From a virus (Duplodnaviria > Caudoviricetes), in the IMG/VR virus record IMGVR_UViG_3300031857_000214, positions 1 to 57,842 of that record: a DNA stretch of 57,842 nt. One strand, 5' to 3'. The translations under genes and the position numbers were made by a program. The notes under the pieces are model-generated. The model saw only the letters and a program-made list of their open reading frames with translations. It searched no databases and was not told the origin of the DNA. Position 1 is the first letter of the stretch; every line of letters starts with the position of its first letter. Positions 47,170 to 56,151 of this stretch are shown piece after piece.

Positions 47170-47549
47170 AATATTCTTCAAGTTTCACACACGACCTCGC
47201 ATTTGGAGAAAGTGCCGAAGATTGGGTAAATGACATATTTAAAAATGGAAAGAAAATAGAAGTCAAGTATGACAGGATAGCTCATAAGACCGGCAACATA
47301 TTCATAGAATACCAATCAAGAGGCAAGGCTAGTGGCATTGCTACAACCGATGCTGATTATTGGATTTACAAGATAGAAAAGACAGAATGCGCAATGATAC
47401 TTCCTGTTGCTTATTTAAAAGAAAGACTTAGATTCTACTATAAAAATAATATGTACCTATCAGACGGAGGGGATGAGAATACGTCAAAAGGATTTTTAAT
47501 ACCGATAAATAAAATAATAACCAATGAAAGCAGTAACCGTAGCCTTTAA
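47166..47549 (+). CDS. PD-(D/E)XK-fold nuclease-like protein
   Basis: FTHDLAFGE, IEVKYD, TGNIFIEY, SGIATTDADYW. Confidence 0.7.
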   Translation: MKYSSSFTHDLAFGESAEDWVNDIFKNGKKIEVKYDRIAHKTGNIFIEYQSRGKASGIATTDADYWIYKIEKTECAMILPVAYLKERLRFYYKNNMYLSDGGDENTSKGFLIPINKIITNESSNRSL

Positions 47550-47934
47550 TCCAGGCTCAAACGAAGAGAAATTATTTTTAGATTCTAAGAATAATTACGC
47601 TACAATACAAGCTGTTGTAAGCAAAAGAATTGATTGTTCTAATCCACAAGAAATCGTGAACCATCTATCAGAGATAACAGCAGTTCAGGGTATGGCTGCA
47701 TACACAAAAGCACAGCTTGAGTATCTTACAGATAGGCTGTCTATGAAAGCCATGATGAATATTAAAGATGAAGAGGGAAGTGCTAATGAAAGAAAGGTAA
47801 TGCTAGCATTTGCTGTAGGCGATTGCTCATTCTACAATCAAGTAATTGAATTGCTTATTAAAGAATTGCACTATAAGGTAGAAATATTAAGAACTTCTTT
47901 GTCATATTGCAAAAGTGAACTAAATTTACAATAA
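47524..47934 (+). CDS. Helical hypothetical protein
   Basis: LRTSLSYCKSE C-terminus; ORF track. Confidence 0.65.
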   Translation: MKAVTVAFNPGSNEEKLFLDSKNNYATIQAVVSKRIDCSNPQEIVNHLSEITAVQGMAAYTKAQLEYLTDRLSMKAMMNIKDEEGSANERKVMLAFAVGDCSFYNQVIELLIKELHYKVEILRTSLSYCKSELNLQ

Positions 47935-47935
47935 C

Positions 47936-48562
47936 ATGAACGCAATATTAAATTCGAATATACCTAGCTTCAAAGCTCTTGTAAAGAAATCCTATTTTAC
48001 AAAAGATGATAAAGACTCAGAAGAGTTTTACAATGTATATGTTTTTGGCTGTCAATCGACATCTGGTAAAATACTTACGTTTCACGTAATGACAGACTCA
48101 GGTATGATTAGGAGCAGGGTTCCAATATCAGATATATATACTAAAATACCAACGAATGATGTTCCATTTAATTATAAACAACTATGGGATTGTTTTAGCG
48201 AAAACGCCTCTGTTGTAGAGTATGATTTCTTAGCTTTTCATAGATGTCAAGTGTTGCTAAGGGATGGCTCTAAGGTTTGGGCAACTTACATTTTCACTAT
48301 AGATTGGTATAATAACCCATACAGCGATGAGCCATCTGATTATAAGTGTGGACACATTCTAGAGTCTGATGACGGATACCTTTTGTGTATGCCCAATAAT
48401 AGAATATTTTGGAAGGACAGCAATTGGGTAACTAAAAAACTACCTGAAGATTTGAAACAGTTCAAGGTAGATACAGAGCTTCTATCGGTAGAAAACCAAT
48501 CAGATAAATGGGTTACTGAAGACACAAATTCTTTTTATTACGATATAATAGAAAATAAATAA
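47936..48562 (+). CDS. Conserved hypothetical phage protein
   Basis: LNSNIP, QLWDCFS, YIFTIDW, KCGH, PNNRI motifs. Confidence 0.75.
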   Translation: MNAILNSNIPSFKALVKKSYFTKDDKDSEEFYNVYVFGCQSTSGKILTFHVMTDSGMIRSRVPISDIYTKIPTNDVPFNYKQLWDCFSENASVVEYDFLAFHRCQVLLRDGSKVWATYIFTIDWYNNPYSDEPSDYKCGHILESDDGYLLCMPNNRIFWKDSNWVTKKLPEDLKQFKVDTELLSVENQSDKWVTEDTNSFYYDIIENK

Positions 48563-48565
48563 ACT

Positions 48566-48808
48566 ATGTATACAAGAGACTGTCAAATAAATACTTATTA
48601 TGCCATATGTAAGAAGTATCCTCACATAAAAGTTGATAATAAAGAAGATTTAAATATAGAAAACAATATAGTCAAGATACTAGAAAAGTGCTGGTATGAT
48701 AAAGAAAAGTATGGACATGTTGGAGATATAGCATTAGTAACAGGCTTGTCTGAAAGACAGGTGTTTAGATTTGCTAGAAAATATAATTTTGCTAAAAGAA
48801 TATTCTAG
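48566..48808 (+). CDS. Small HTH (Fis-like) protein
   Basis: IALVTGLSERQVFRFARKY. Confidence 0.6.
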   Translation: MYTRDCQINTYYAICKKYPHIKVDNKEDLNIENNIVKILEKCWYDKEKYGHVGDIALVTGLSERQVFRFARKYNFAKRIF

Positions 48809-49167
48809 TGAAACAAATAAAGAAAGTACATAAGCACGGAGAGAAATTTGACTCTAAGTTAGAACTATTCTTCTACGAACTCCTTCGTAGTGAAGGAATA
48901 CCATTTGATTTTCAGGTATGTTACGAGATGATTCCATCGTTTAAATATGATGGAAAGACCGTAAGGCCAATGACATTGACTGTTGATTTTGATTTTACAG
49001 ACAAAGGAAAGAACGTCATTGTAGACACAAAAGGCTTTTGGCGTAACGACAATAAGCTCAAATGGAAGTACTTTCAGTGGGGTATGTCAGATGCCCAACC
49101 AAAATTATTTTTTCCAAAATCGCAAAAAGAATGCAAAGAAGTTTTGGAATTAATAAAAAAGTTGTAG
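48808..49167 (+). CDS. DUF1064-like endonuclease
   Basis: FDSKLE, FQVCYE, VDFDF, IVDTKG. Confidence 0.75.
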   Translation: MKQIKKVHKHGEKFDSKLELFFYELLRSEGIPFDFQVCYEMIPSFKYDGKTVRPMTLTVDFDFTDKGKNVIVDTKGFWRNDNKLKWKYFQWGMSDAQPKLFFPKSQKECKEVLELIKKL

Positions 49168-49194
49168 TTTAGCAAAATAACCTAACCATATCCA

Positions 49195-50238
49195 ATGAGC
49201 CAAAAAAACTTTCGCCCTCGTTTAACAGCAGAGGAGTACACAATCCTTCAAGACATACGTAATCAACACGCGGCTTTAGAAGAAGAATGTAAAGCACAAG
49301 GACTACCTGTTGAAGATGTAAAACAATATTGGTTTAAGGGGGAGCGATTCTCTATTAACCTAAGAGGCAAGACAATCTCATATGACGAGATTAGAGCTGA
49401 CATAATTAAAGAAATGAAGGATTATGCTCCTAAGTATCCTAAAATTAAACGTGACAAAGAAAATCTTAAATTAGATGGTCATTTGTTAGTGATTGACCCT
49501 GCTGATATACACATAGGTAAGTTAGCTATGGCTGTTGAGACAGGAGAAGATTACAATAGTAAAATAGCTGTTGAGCGAGTAATGACTGGTGTGTATGGTA
49601 TTGTAGAAAAAGCATCAGCTTTTAAGACTGATAAAATTTTATACATAATAGGAAATGATATACTTCATATTGATACACCTAAGCGCCAAACAACTAGCGG
49701 TACTCCTCAGGATACAGATGGTATGTGGTATGATAACTTTGTAATAGCTCGTAAGCTACACGTAGAAGTTATAGAAACACTTAGAGAGATAGCTGATGTC
49801 CACGTACAATACGACCCATCTAATCACGATTATACGAATGGATTCTTTTTAGCTGACTCAATAGCGTCTTGGTTTCACAATGACCAACACGTATCCTTTA
49901 ACTGTTCTCCTGCTCATAGGAAGTATTTCCACTACCATAATAACCTTATAGGTACAACGCATGGAGATGGCGCTAAAGAGGCTGATTTGCCCTTATTAAT
50001 GGCACACGAGGCTAAGCAAGATTGGGCTATATCTGACCATAGATATTTCTACATACACCATATACATCACAAGCGTTCAAAAGATATTATGGGCGTGACA
50101 ATCGAGGCATTAAGAAGTCCTTCAGGAGCAGATAGTTGGCATCATAGAAACGGCTATCAGCATTCTCCTAAAGCTGTTGAAGGGTTCTTGCACCATAAGA
50201 TTTATGGTCAAGTAGCCAGATTTACACATTTATTTTAA
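49195..50238 (+). CDS. Calcineurin-like metallophosphoesterase
   Basis: DIHIG, GNDILH, SNHD, HGD, HIHH. Confidence 0.85.
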   Translation: MSQKNFRPRLTAEEYTILQDIRNQHAALEEECKAQGLPVEDVKQYWFKGERFSINLRGKTISYDEIRADIIKEMKDYAPKYPKIKRDKENLKLDGHLLVIDPADIHIGKLAMAVETGEDYNSKIAVERVMTGVYGIVEKASAFKTDKILYIIGNDILHIDTPKRQTTSGTPQDTDGMWYDNFVIARKLHVEVIETLREIADVHVQYDPSNHDYTNGFFLADSIASWFHNDQHVSFNCSPAHRKYFHYHNNLIGTTHGDGAKEADLPLLMAHEAKQDWAISDHRYFYIHHIHHKRSKDIMGVTIEALRSPSGADSWHHRNGYQHSPKAVEGFLHHKIYGQVARFTHLF

Positions 50239-50426
50239 TTAGAATATATATACGACAATAAGAAAGGGTCGTTTATATCAGCAGGAATTCCATCGTCATA
50301 TGTAATGAATTCGTCAAGGTATTCATCCTCAATTAGTTTCATACAATCTTTTTGAGAGCATAAATAAAGGCGTTTAAATTGTATATTTGACACCTGTTCG
50401 GAAATTTCCTGCACACAAATAATCAT
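50235..50426 (-). CDS. Hypothetical protein
   Basis: ORF track; start uncertain. Confidence 0.4.
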   Translation of the reverse strand: MIICVQEISEQVSNIQFKRLYLCSQKDCMKLIEDEYLDEFITYDDGIPADINDPFLLSYIYSN

Positions 50427-50444
50427 AGAGATAAATTATATATT

Positions 50445-50612
50445 ATGAAGGTAGTAAAAAGAAGTGAATCAATTCAAGATTCCTTAGATATAGAAGAATT
50501 AATGAAAGAAAGAGAGAAATATCAGGCTGTGGTAAATATGTATACAGCTAAGATAAGAGAATTAATATATAAGTACGATTCGGTAAGGATAGATTACAGC
50601 AAGAAAGCTTAA
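50445..50612 (+). CDS. 55 aa coiled-coil hypothetical protein
   Basis: Read manually; stop overlaps convergent gene stop. Confidence 0.5.
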   Translation: MKVVKRSESIQDSLDIEELMKEREKYQAVVNMYTAKIRELIYKYDSVRIDYSKKA

Positions 50613-50824
50613 GAAGGTTTTTTAGTTTCCTCCTTAAGTTTCTTTAATTCTCTAAGTTTAATAGAGATGTTGATTAATAGGTATGCTATTGATAAGGTAG
50701 AGATTACCAAAGTCAATATCATGTTGATGTTAGAAATGTTGAACATACTCATTAGATTTAAAATTACTGCTCCTACTGTGCTTGGTATTCCTACCTCGTC
50801 TGAAATCTTAAAAGGATGTTCCAT
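50609..50824 (-). CDS. Small membrane protein (holin/antiholin-like)
   Basis: Hydrophobic core, basic C-terminus, promoter box upstream. Confidence 0.55.
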   Translation of the reverse strand: MEHPFKISDEVGIPSTVGAVILNLMSMFNISNINMILTLVISTLSIAYLLINISIKLRELKKLKEETKKPS

Positions 50825-50855
50825 GTCTATCTATTAATAATTTTGTGCAAATGTA

Positions 50856-51137
50856 TTATTTCTTTGTTGATTTTCCGTTCTGACCATTACGACCACGATT
50901 TTTAGATTGAGACTCTAAAGACATCTTACCGTCTTTACGATGACTCATATCTTTGCCGTCCCCATTTCCATAAGTTCCGGCTTGTCTATTTGCCTTGTTT
51001 AAAGAAGCTCTGTATTTCTTCTGCTTATCAGAAGCAGCATACTTCTTATCGTACGCTCTTTTGCGTGCAATAGAAGATGGAGTCCAACCTAGCTTAATAT
51101 AACTTGGGTGTTTCCCTGCTAATGAATTCTTAGGCAT
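50856..51137 (-). CDS. Basic protein with degenerate HNH-like motif
   Basis: GDGKDMSH...SKNRGRNG. Confidence 0.6.
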   Translation of the reverse strand: MPKNSLAGKHPSYIKLGWTPSSIARKRAYDKKYAASDKQKKYRASLNKANRQAGTYGNGDGKDMSHRKDGKMSLESQSKNRGRNGQNGKSTKK

Positions 51138-51208
51138 TTACACAAATATTTTTAATAATATCCAAAGATACACTTGTTACTGCAATGTTGCCTGGCTGTG
51201 AAGGGTCT

Positions 51209-51454
51209 TTACTCTGTTTCATTGTATAGCTTTTTAACTTCTTTAGGATATTTTTCCGTTAACTCATCTATGATAAATTCATTTCTTCCGATAGTAATGT
51301 CTTTGATATTACATTCTGCCTGAAGGCTGTCAATTAAAACAGAATTATCATTAATTTTCTTAGACAATCTACTGTTTTCAATATTGGCAGTTGCAACCAA
51401 TACAGCCATAAGAATAATAAATACCGAAAATAAAACAAATACTGTGCGTGTCAT
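51209..51454 (-). CDS. N-anchored coiled-coil membrane protein (spanin-like)
   Basis: N-terminal TM then coiled coil; coupled to endolysin. Confidence 0.45.
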   Translation of the reverse strand: MTRTVFVLFSVFIILMAVLVATANIENSRLSKKINDNSVLIDSLQAECNIKDITIGRNEFIIDELTEKYPKEVKKLYNETE

Positions 51455-52050
51455 TAGATTAAAAGTTTATAATATTCATTAAAATGTTTTATTCTATCAG
51501 GCAAGCCTATGGTTCCTCCATTTACTCTCTTTGTAATCTTAGTAACAACTTCATTTGTAGCACCTTGGTCTGCAATGGCGTTTAGTCCATTCTTAGACCA
51601 AAACCAAGCGGCAGATAGAAGTGGATACTTTGTAGCTACTAAATCAGGATTCGCTTCAATATTATCTTCAACTGTTTTATCAAAAGCTAGGTAATTTGTT
51701 TTACCTGTTAGTTGAATGTAACCTCTCCCACGGAATTTATACCCCTCTCCGGAAGCCTGATTTCCATTACCCATACGATTTGCGTATACAATATTAGCAA
51801 TCTTTTCTGGTTTTCTTTGATATTCTGCAGCACTTTCTGGTGTAAAATATTTTTTAAATATTCCACATAGACCTTTTGCGCTATAATTTAAGTTCTCAGT
51901 TGTTACCCTAAAGCCACCGCTTTCGTGTCCTGTTTGAGCTAAAAAATGAGCTAAACGAGTAGGGGTATTTACGCCAAACTTTTCAGATACCTCTGGGATT
52001 TGTGCGATAACGGAATCAGGTACGTGACCTTTAAGTGCTTCTAATTTCAT
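51454..52050 (-). CDS. Endolysin, glycoside hydrolase family 19
   Basis: RLAHFLAQTGHESGG, ENLNYS, FRGRGYIQLTGKTNY, ITKRVNGG. Confidence 0.92.
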   Translation of the reverse strand: MKLEALKGHVPDSVIAQIPEVSEKFGVNTPTRLAHFLAQTGHESGGFRVTTENLNYSAKGLCGIFKKYFTPESAAEYQRKPEKIANIVYANRMGNGNQASGEGYKFRGRGYIQLTGKTNYLAFDKTVEDNIEANPDLVATKYPLLSAAWFWSKNGLNAIADQGATNEVVTKITKRVNGGTIGLPDRIKHFNEYYKLLI

Positions 52051-52295
52051 TATTTATCTTTTATATTTTTGTTACCAAATATAGCTTCTACACCTGTAAT
52101 ACCGCACATAGTCAAGGCTGTATACATAAGGCCGTTGAATACGATAGGTTCAATTACAAATGGAACGCCAAAAATACCTGTTACAATATCAGCTAAGGCA
52201 TACAATACCATTAACACAAATGCAACTAATCCTAATACAGCTTTTTGATTGATGTCAGACTTGTCGCTGAACATTCTTAATAAGAAATCTTTCAT
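52050..52295 (-). CDS. Holin
   Basis: Two TM segments, 81 aa, immediately upstream of endolysin. Confidence 0.7.
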   Translation of the reverse strand: MKDFLLRMFSDKSDINQKAVLGLVAFVLMVLYALADIVTGIFGVPFVIEPIVFNGLMYTALTMCGITGVEAIFGNKNIKDK

Positions 52296-52301
52296 ATTAT
52301 A

Positions 52302-52904
52302 TTATTTAATTTTCCAATATATAGATGCGTTGATAAATGGAGTTTTATTAATATCAACACCTGCACCAATATTATACAATTTATCACACTTAGTATTAAT
52401 CAATAAGTTTACTCCTACGTTATTGATGTAATTCACTCTGTCAAATCCCATTCCTACACCCCAAAATATTTTAGTCTTAGGTAATTCTTTGACTATAGTC
52501 GTCTCCTTTATAGTTCTTTGCTTAACATTTGCCGTAAACTTCCTTGCCTCAATGGTATTCTTGCTGATTGTATCAAGCATTACTACGTAACCTAAGCTGT
52601 CAGGTAAATGAAGCGTATCCTTGTAAACATTCTTGGCAAAGTAATTTTTAATAATTTCCAATGTGTCTACATTTACAGGGATATGTACGTATATTGTCGT
52701 ATCGTGGTAAATGTCCTTACCTTGTTTTGTAACTATTTTAGTCTTTATGATATCAATGGTGTCAACCTCGTGCTTGATAACCTCGTAAGGCTTCCCATTG
52801 ACATATTTGATTTCAGGAGCAAATGGGTTGTGGAATCCGTTCAAGAAGAAGCTCAAGACTAATGCCCCAACTATCATCAATGCTATAAATTTTACTATTT
52901 TCAT
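52302..52904 (-). CDS. Membrane-anchored protein, possible Bacteroidota-type unimolecular spanin
   Basis: N-terminal TM, repeated DT(I/L/T) segments, C-terminal beta-strands ending YWKIK; first gene of lysis operon. Confidence 0.5.
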   Translation of the reverse strand: MKIVKFIALMIVGALVLSFFLNGFHNPFAPEIKYVNGKPYEVIKHEVDTIDIIKTKIVTKQGKDIYHDTTIYVHIPVNVDTLEIIKNYFAKNVYKDTLHLPDSLGYVVMLDTISKNTIEARKFTANVKQRTIKETTIVKELPKTKIFWGVGMGFDRVNYINNVGVNLLINTKCDKLYNIGAGVDINKTPFINASIYWKIK

Positions 52905-52913
52905 ATGGCAAAT

Positions 52914-54083
52914 TTACAAATTAAATTTAGTACCGACTAACAGCGCTATTGTATGGACAGGACCCATATATTTGACGTTTAATGCCATTTTAAAGCGTTT
53001 TGAGAGGGCTATGTCGAAAGATGAGCCGAATATATAACTTAATTGGCTTACGGCCGTTAAATCGCCTGATTTTGAGGTATAAGACAAAGGACTTGACATT
53101 ATGAATATTTCAGGCGTAATACCCAGTCTTTTGCTGTATGTGATAGGTTTCATTCCAAATAGCACAATAGAAGATGTCCAAAACTGCTGTTTAGTAGCCT
53201 CAAACGGTATTGACGTGTTAATTAGGCTCAATGCGTATCCGTATACATATGATTTATTCATCATAACATATGAATATCCGCCTATATGAATTAGGCTCCC
53301 TTCATTGTAAGCCATAGTATATGAATACGTGCCAACTCCACAAAGTTTGTTATCCTGAATATCCATCTTAGAATATCTGCTAGATAGCGCAAATTGCCTT
53401 AAATTTGAGAAGATTGTTAAGGTAGAACCATAAGACACATCACCGGCCATTGAGGCTCTAGAAACGCCCATATTGGCCATTAAATTATAATCACCTTGAA
53501 GTTGCTTAACATTACTCAAATCAGAAGAAAATATGAGAGGTGTCTGTCCAGCCTTTGCAGAAGCTTTTTTCTTCTCTTCTTTCTTGCTCTCTTTCTTATC
53601 CTCTTTTTTGCTATCGGATTTGCTTTCGGACTTGCTCTCACTATTGTCGCCACCGCTACTTGCCTCCGACTTGCTTTCAGGAGCGCTAGAGCTTTCCTGA
53701 GAAGATGGCGCAGAAGATGGTACGCTAACAGAACTAGCCGCACTTGCTGCAACAGAGCTAGCGGAACTACTAACCGCAGCTGATACTGAATTAGAAACAG
53801 TCTGCTGAGTTATCTGTTGAGTCAGTTGATTTACAGGACAAGGAGCAGAATACTCCGCATATACTTGATTTATCCATGTTGTAAATGTGCCATTCTGAAC
53901 ATCTGCAGAGGTAAAGAACTTAGCCTTGCCCATAAAAACAATCGTAGTTCCTTGCAATGGCACTATGAATACTGTTACTTTCTTAGTACAAGGGTCTACG
54001 AAAGTGTTCGTAATCACTTGAGCATTCACGTTTACGTGAAATACTAATAAAAGTGAACAGAGTAAGCTAGTTTTTAAATACAT
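52914..54083 (-). CDS. Secreted protein with putative C-terminal outer-membrane beta-barrel (start MYLKTS)
   Basis: Signal peptide (VNA-Q), N-terminal DPC...PC domain, Ser/Lys/Glu linker, alternating beta-strands ending GTKFNL. Confidence 0.65.
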   Translation of the reverse strand: MYLKTSLLCSLLLVFHVNVNAQVITNTFVDPCTKKVTVFIVPLQGTTIVFMGKAKFFTSADVQNGTFTTWINQVYAEYSAPCPVNQLTQQITQQTVSNSVSAAVSSSASSVAASAASSVSVPSSAPSSQESSSAPESKSEASSGGDNSESKSESKSDSKKEDKKESKKEEKKKASAKAGQTPLIFSSDLSNVKQLQGDYNLMANMGVSRASMAGDVSYGSTLTIFSNLRQFALSSRYSKMDIQDNKLCGVGTYSYTMAYNEGSLIHIGGYSYVMMNKSYVYGYALSLINTSIPFEATKQQFWTSSIVLFGMKPITYSKRLGITPEIFIMSSPLSYTSKSGDLTAVSQLSYIFGSSFDIALSKRFKMALNVKYMGPVHTIALLVGTKFNL

Positions 54084-54780
54084 TCTTTTTAACCATTCTA
54101 GATAGGATGCGAGCACACGCAATGTCTAGTGCTTTCTTTGTCGCTGTTCCTATGGTTGATTGGTTAAATTTAACTTCGCTTAAGTTAGCGTCTGTTAAAA
54201 GGCTTGCTTCACGTGTTGTCTTTGCTTCCCCTAAACCTGAAGCTGCTATAATCTCGCCTGTCTCGGCATTTGTAAATCTTACTTGTAATCCTATTCTAGT
54301 CACCACCGTTTCCTTTATGCCATCTTTTACTCTAATCTCTTCATCCTCCGAAACAGAATAATCGTAGCATTCAATCTCAACAAAGTAATGAGCTAGTCTA
54401 ATCTTTCCTCTTCCGTCCAACTTATCCTGAGAAATTCCTGCTTGGCTTGCTTGGAACTGTTTAACCATTCTATTCTTGATTTCAGTCTTATCTTCTGTAA
54501 AGGTGAAACGATTAAGATTTTCAAGATATTCAAGGGTGATGTTTGCGACTCCGAGTCCAACTCTTTTTTCTTTGAGCTCAGGATATTGTTCATACATTTC
54601 ATCTGATATGCCACATTTTAGTATTTGTATAGGTATAGTCGGTCCATCATAATCCATGTACTGACTTATATCAATCTTTGTTTCAAAACTCGCTTTATAG
54701 TTCTCTGTTTTTGTTGTAGCTACCTGCGCATTTGCACAAATAGCTACTAACATACATAAAGCGGTTATGTAAAGTCTCAT
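54067..54780 (-). CDS. CsgG-like (curli production assembly/transport) protein
   Basis: Signal peptide; YLENLNRFTFTE, YDYSVSE, IGLQVRFTNAETGEIIAASGLG, ATKKALDIAC. Confidence 0.75.
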   Translation of the reverse strand: MRLYITALCMLVAICANAQVATTKTENYKASFETKIDISQYMDYDGPTIPIQILKCGISDEMYEQYPELKEKRVGLGVANITLEYLENLNRFTFTEDKTEIKNRMVKQFQASQAGISQDKLDGRGKIRLAHYFVEIECYDYSVSEDEEIRVKDGIKETVVTRIGLQVRFTNAETGEIIAASGLGEAKTTREASLLTDANLSEVKFNQSTIGTATKKALDIACARILSRMVKKNVFKN

Positions 54781-55377
54781 TTATTTATTCTTTAAAAGTC
54801 CACAGTTTTGACACTCAAGCTCTCCGTCTCCGTCAGAATCACCCCACACGTGTTCACATTGTCTGTGTGCGTGGAATTCAAATTCTAATTTCTCCATCTC
54901 TTGCTCATGCTCTTGTTGGTCAACCTCCATTACTTGTCTATGCTCTTGTTCATCTTTAGCAAGCTCAAACTTTTGTTTATTCTCAGTAACAGCTAAATCT
55001 CTAGCCGCTTCTGCTCCTTTAACAAAAGCGTCAGGGATTATAGGACTAAATGGTCTGTTAGTTTCTTTCATATCGTTGGTATGAGACAGAGTAACACCAT
55101 CTTCTTCATCCATTTTTTGCACTAACATCTTGTCCTTGTCTGTATCGCTGAACCAATAGTCAATAATCTTGCCATAGCTACCAATAAAAGCACCTAGCAT
55201 TAAAAACAATAGTTCTTTCCACTCTGCGGATGCAGCCACATTATTGGATATTGCTGTAAATATCCCTACTATAATTAAAATAAATCCACCAAGAACGCCT
55301 GCGGTAATAAACCACCTGCGAGTCATCATTTGATTTAAAAGGTCTTTAAAGCCTGAAGGTTGTTTAGTGTTGTCCAT
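54781..55377 (-). CDS. Two-TM inner membrane protein with C-terminal Zn-ribbon
   Basis: Two TMs, KIIDYWFS, coiled coil, CEHVWGDSDGDGELECQNC. Confidence 0.7.
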   Translation of the reverse strand: MDNTKQPSGFKDLLNQMMTRRWFITAGVLGGFILIIVGIFTAISNNVAASAEWKELLFLMLGAFIGSYGKIIDYWFSDTDKDKMLVQKMDEEDGVTLSHTNDMKETNRPFSPIIPDAFVKGAEAARDLAVTENKQKFELAKDEQEHRQVMEVDQQEHEQEMEKLEFEFHAHRQCEHVWGDSDGDGELECQNCGLLKNK

Positions 55378-55478
55378 ATGTTATATATTATTTCTTTGTT
55401 TTGTTTTATTAATAACGCTTTTTTTCGTCCTGAACGAATACTGCGCATTGGTCTTTTTTTAGGTGATGCGTTTGCCAT
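55335..55478 (-). CDS. 47 aa basic peptide (MANASPKKRPMRSIRSG...)
   Basis: ATG 1 nt after upstream stop; 3' part of track ORF 55335..55595. Confidence 0.5.
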   Translation of the reverse strand: MANASPKKRPMRSIRSGRKKALLIKQNKEIIYNIWTTLNNLQALKTF

Positions 55479-55479
55479 A

Positions 55480-55788
55480 TTACCACTGTGCTGGTTTTTC
55501 CTTAAACTCATCAGCTTCCTTTTTAGGCTTTGGTGCTGGCGTAGGTTTAGCCTGCTCTGTAGGCTTCTCTTTAATAATAACCGTTTTACCTCCACCTGCA
55601 GATTGTTGCTGTGTTTGAGTGTTTTGAATGTTAATTATAGGTTGAGCGGTTTGCTGTGGCTTATCATCGTTTCCACCACCAAACAAAGTTGAAGCTAACC
55701 ATGCACCACCTGCAGTTACAACTGTAGCTATAGTACCTAATATTGTTTTTTTTAAACTACCGCCTGTGCTTTCTTGTTCTTCTGACAT
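55480..55788 (-). CDS. Single-TM protein with Pro/Gln/Lys-rich tail
   Basis: TILGTIATVVTAGGAWL TM; extended linker-like C-terminus ending W. Confidence 0.7.
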   Translation of the reverse strand: MSEEQESTGGSLKKTILGTIATVVTAGGAWLASTLFGGGNDDKPQQTAQPIINIQNTQTQQQSAGGGKTVIIKEKPTEQAKPTPAPKPKKEADEFKEKPAQW

Positions 55789-55793
55789 ATATT

Positions 55794-56150
55794 TTATTTT
55801 ATAATTATTGGATACTTAACCTCGTTACCACTTATATCAATAAAGATAATATCGTAATTCCTTTTCGGTAAGTCTGACAAATTTAACACCTTTTTCGTTA
55901 AGGTGTCATTAGCCGTAAAACCCTCTTTTTTGACAGGTTCTGTCTTGCCGAATGGTATTACTTGAATTGAGTACTTAGCCCCTGCAGTAGTCTTAAAATC
56001 GGCCGTAACAATGTTACCAGACTGAATAATAGATTTGATAGAAGTTCCTGCTGATTTAACGCCCAAATCAATAGTCTGTGGCTGTGGCATATCAACCTTT
56101 GTGCAGCCGAATAAAAGCAAACCAAACGCATAGATTGTGTATTTTTTCAT
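55794..56150 (-). CDS. Lipoprotein with Ig-like domain
   Basis: Lipobox LLFG-C; C-terminus LNLSDLPKRNYDIIFIDISGN. Confidence 0.75.
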   Translation of the reverse strand: MKKYTIYAFGLLLFGCTKVDMPQPQTIDLGVKSAGTSIKSIIQSGNIVTADFKTTAGAKYSIQVIPFGKTEPVKKEGFTANDTLTKKVLNLSDLPKRNYDIIFIDISGNEVKYPIIIK

Positions 56151-56151
56151 A

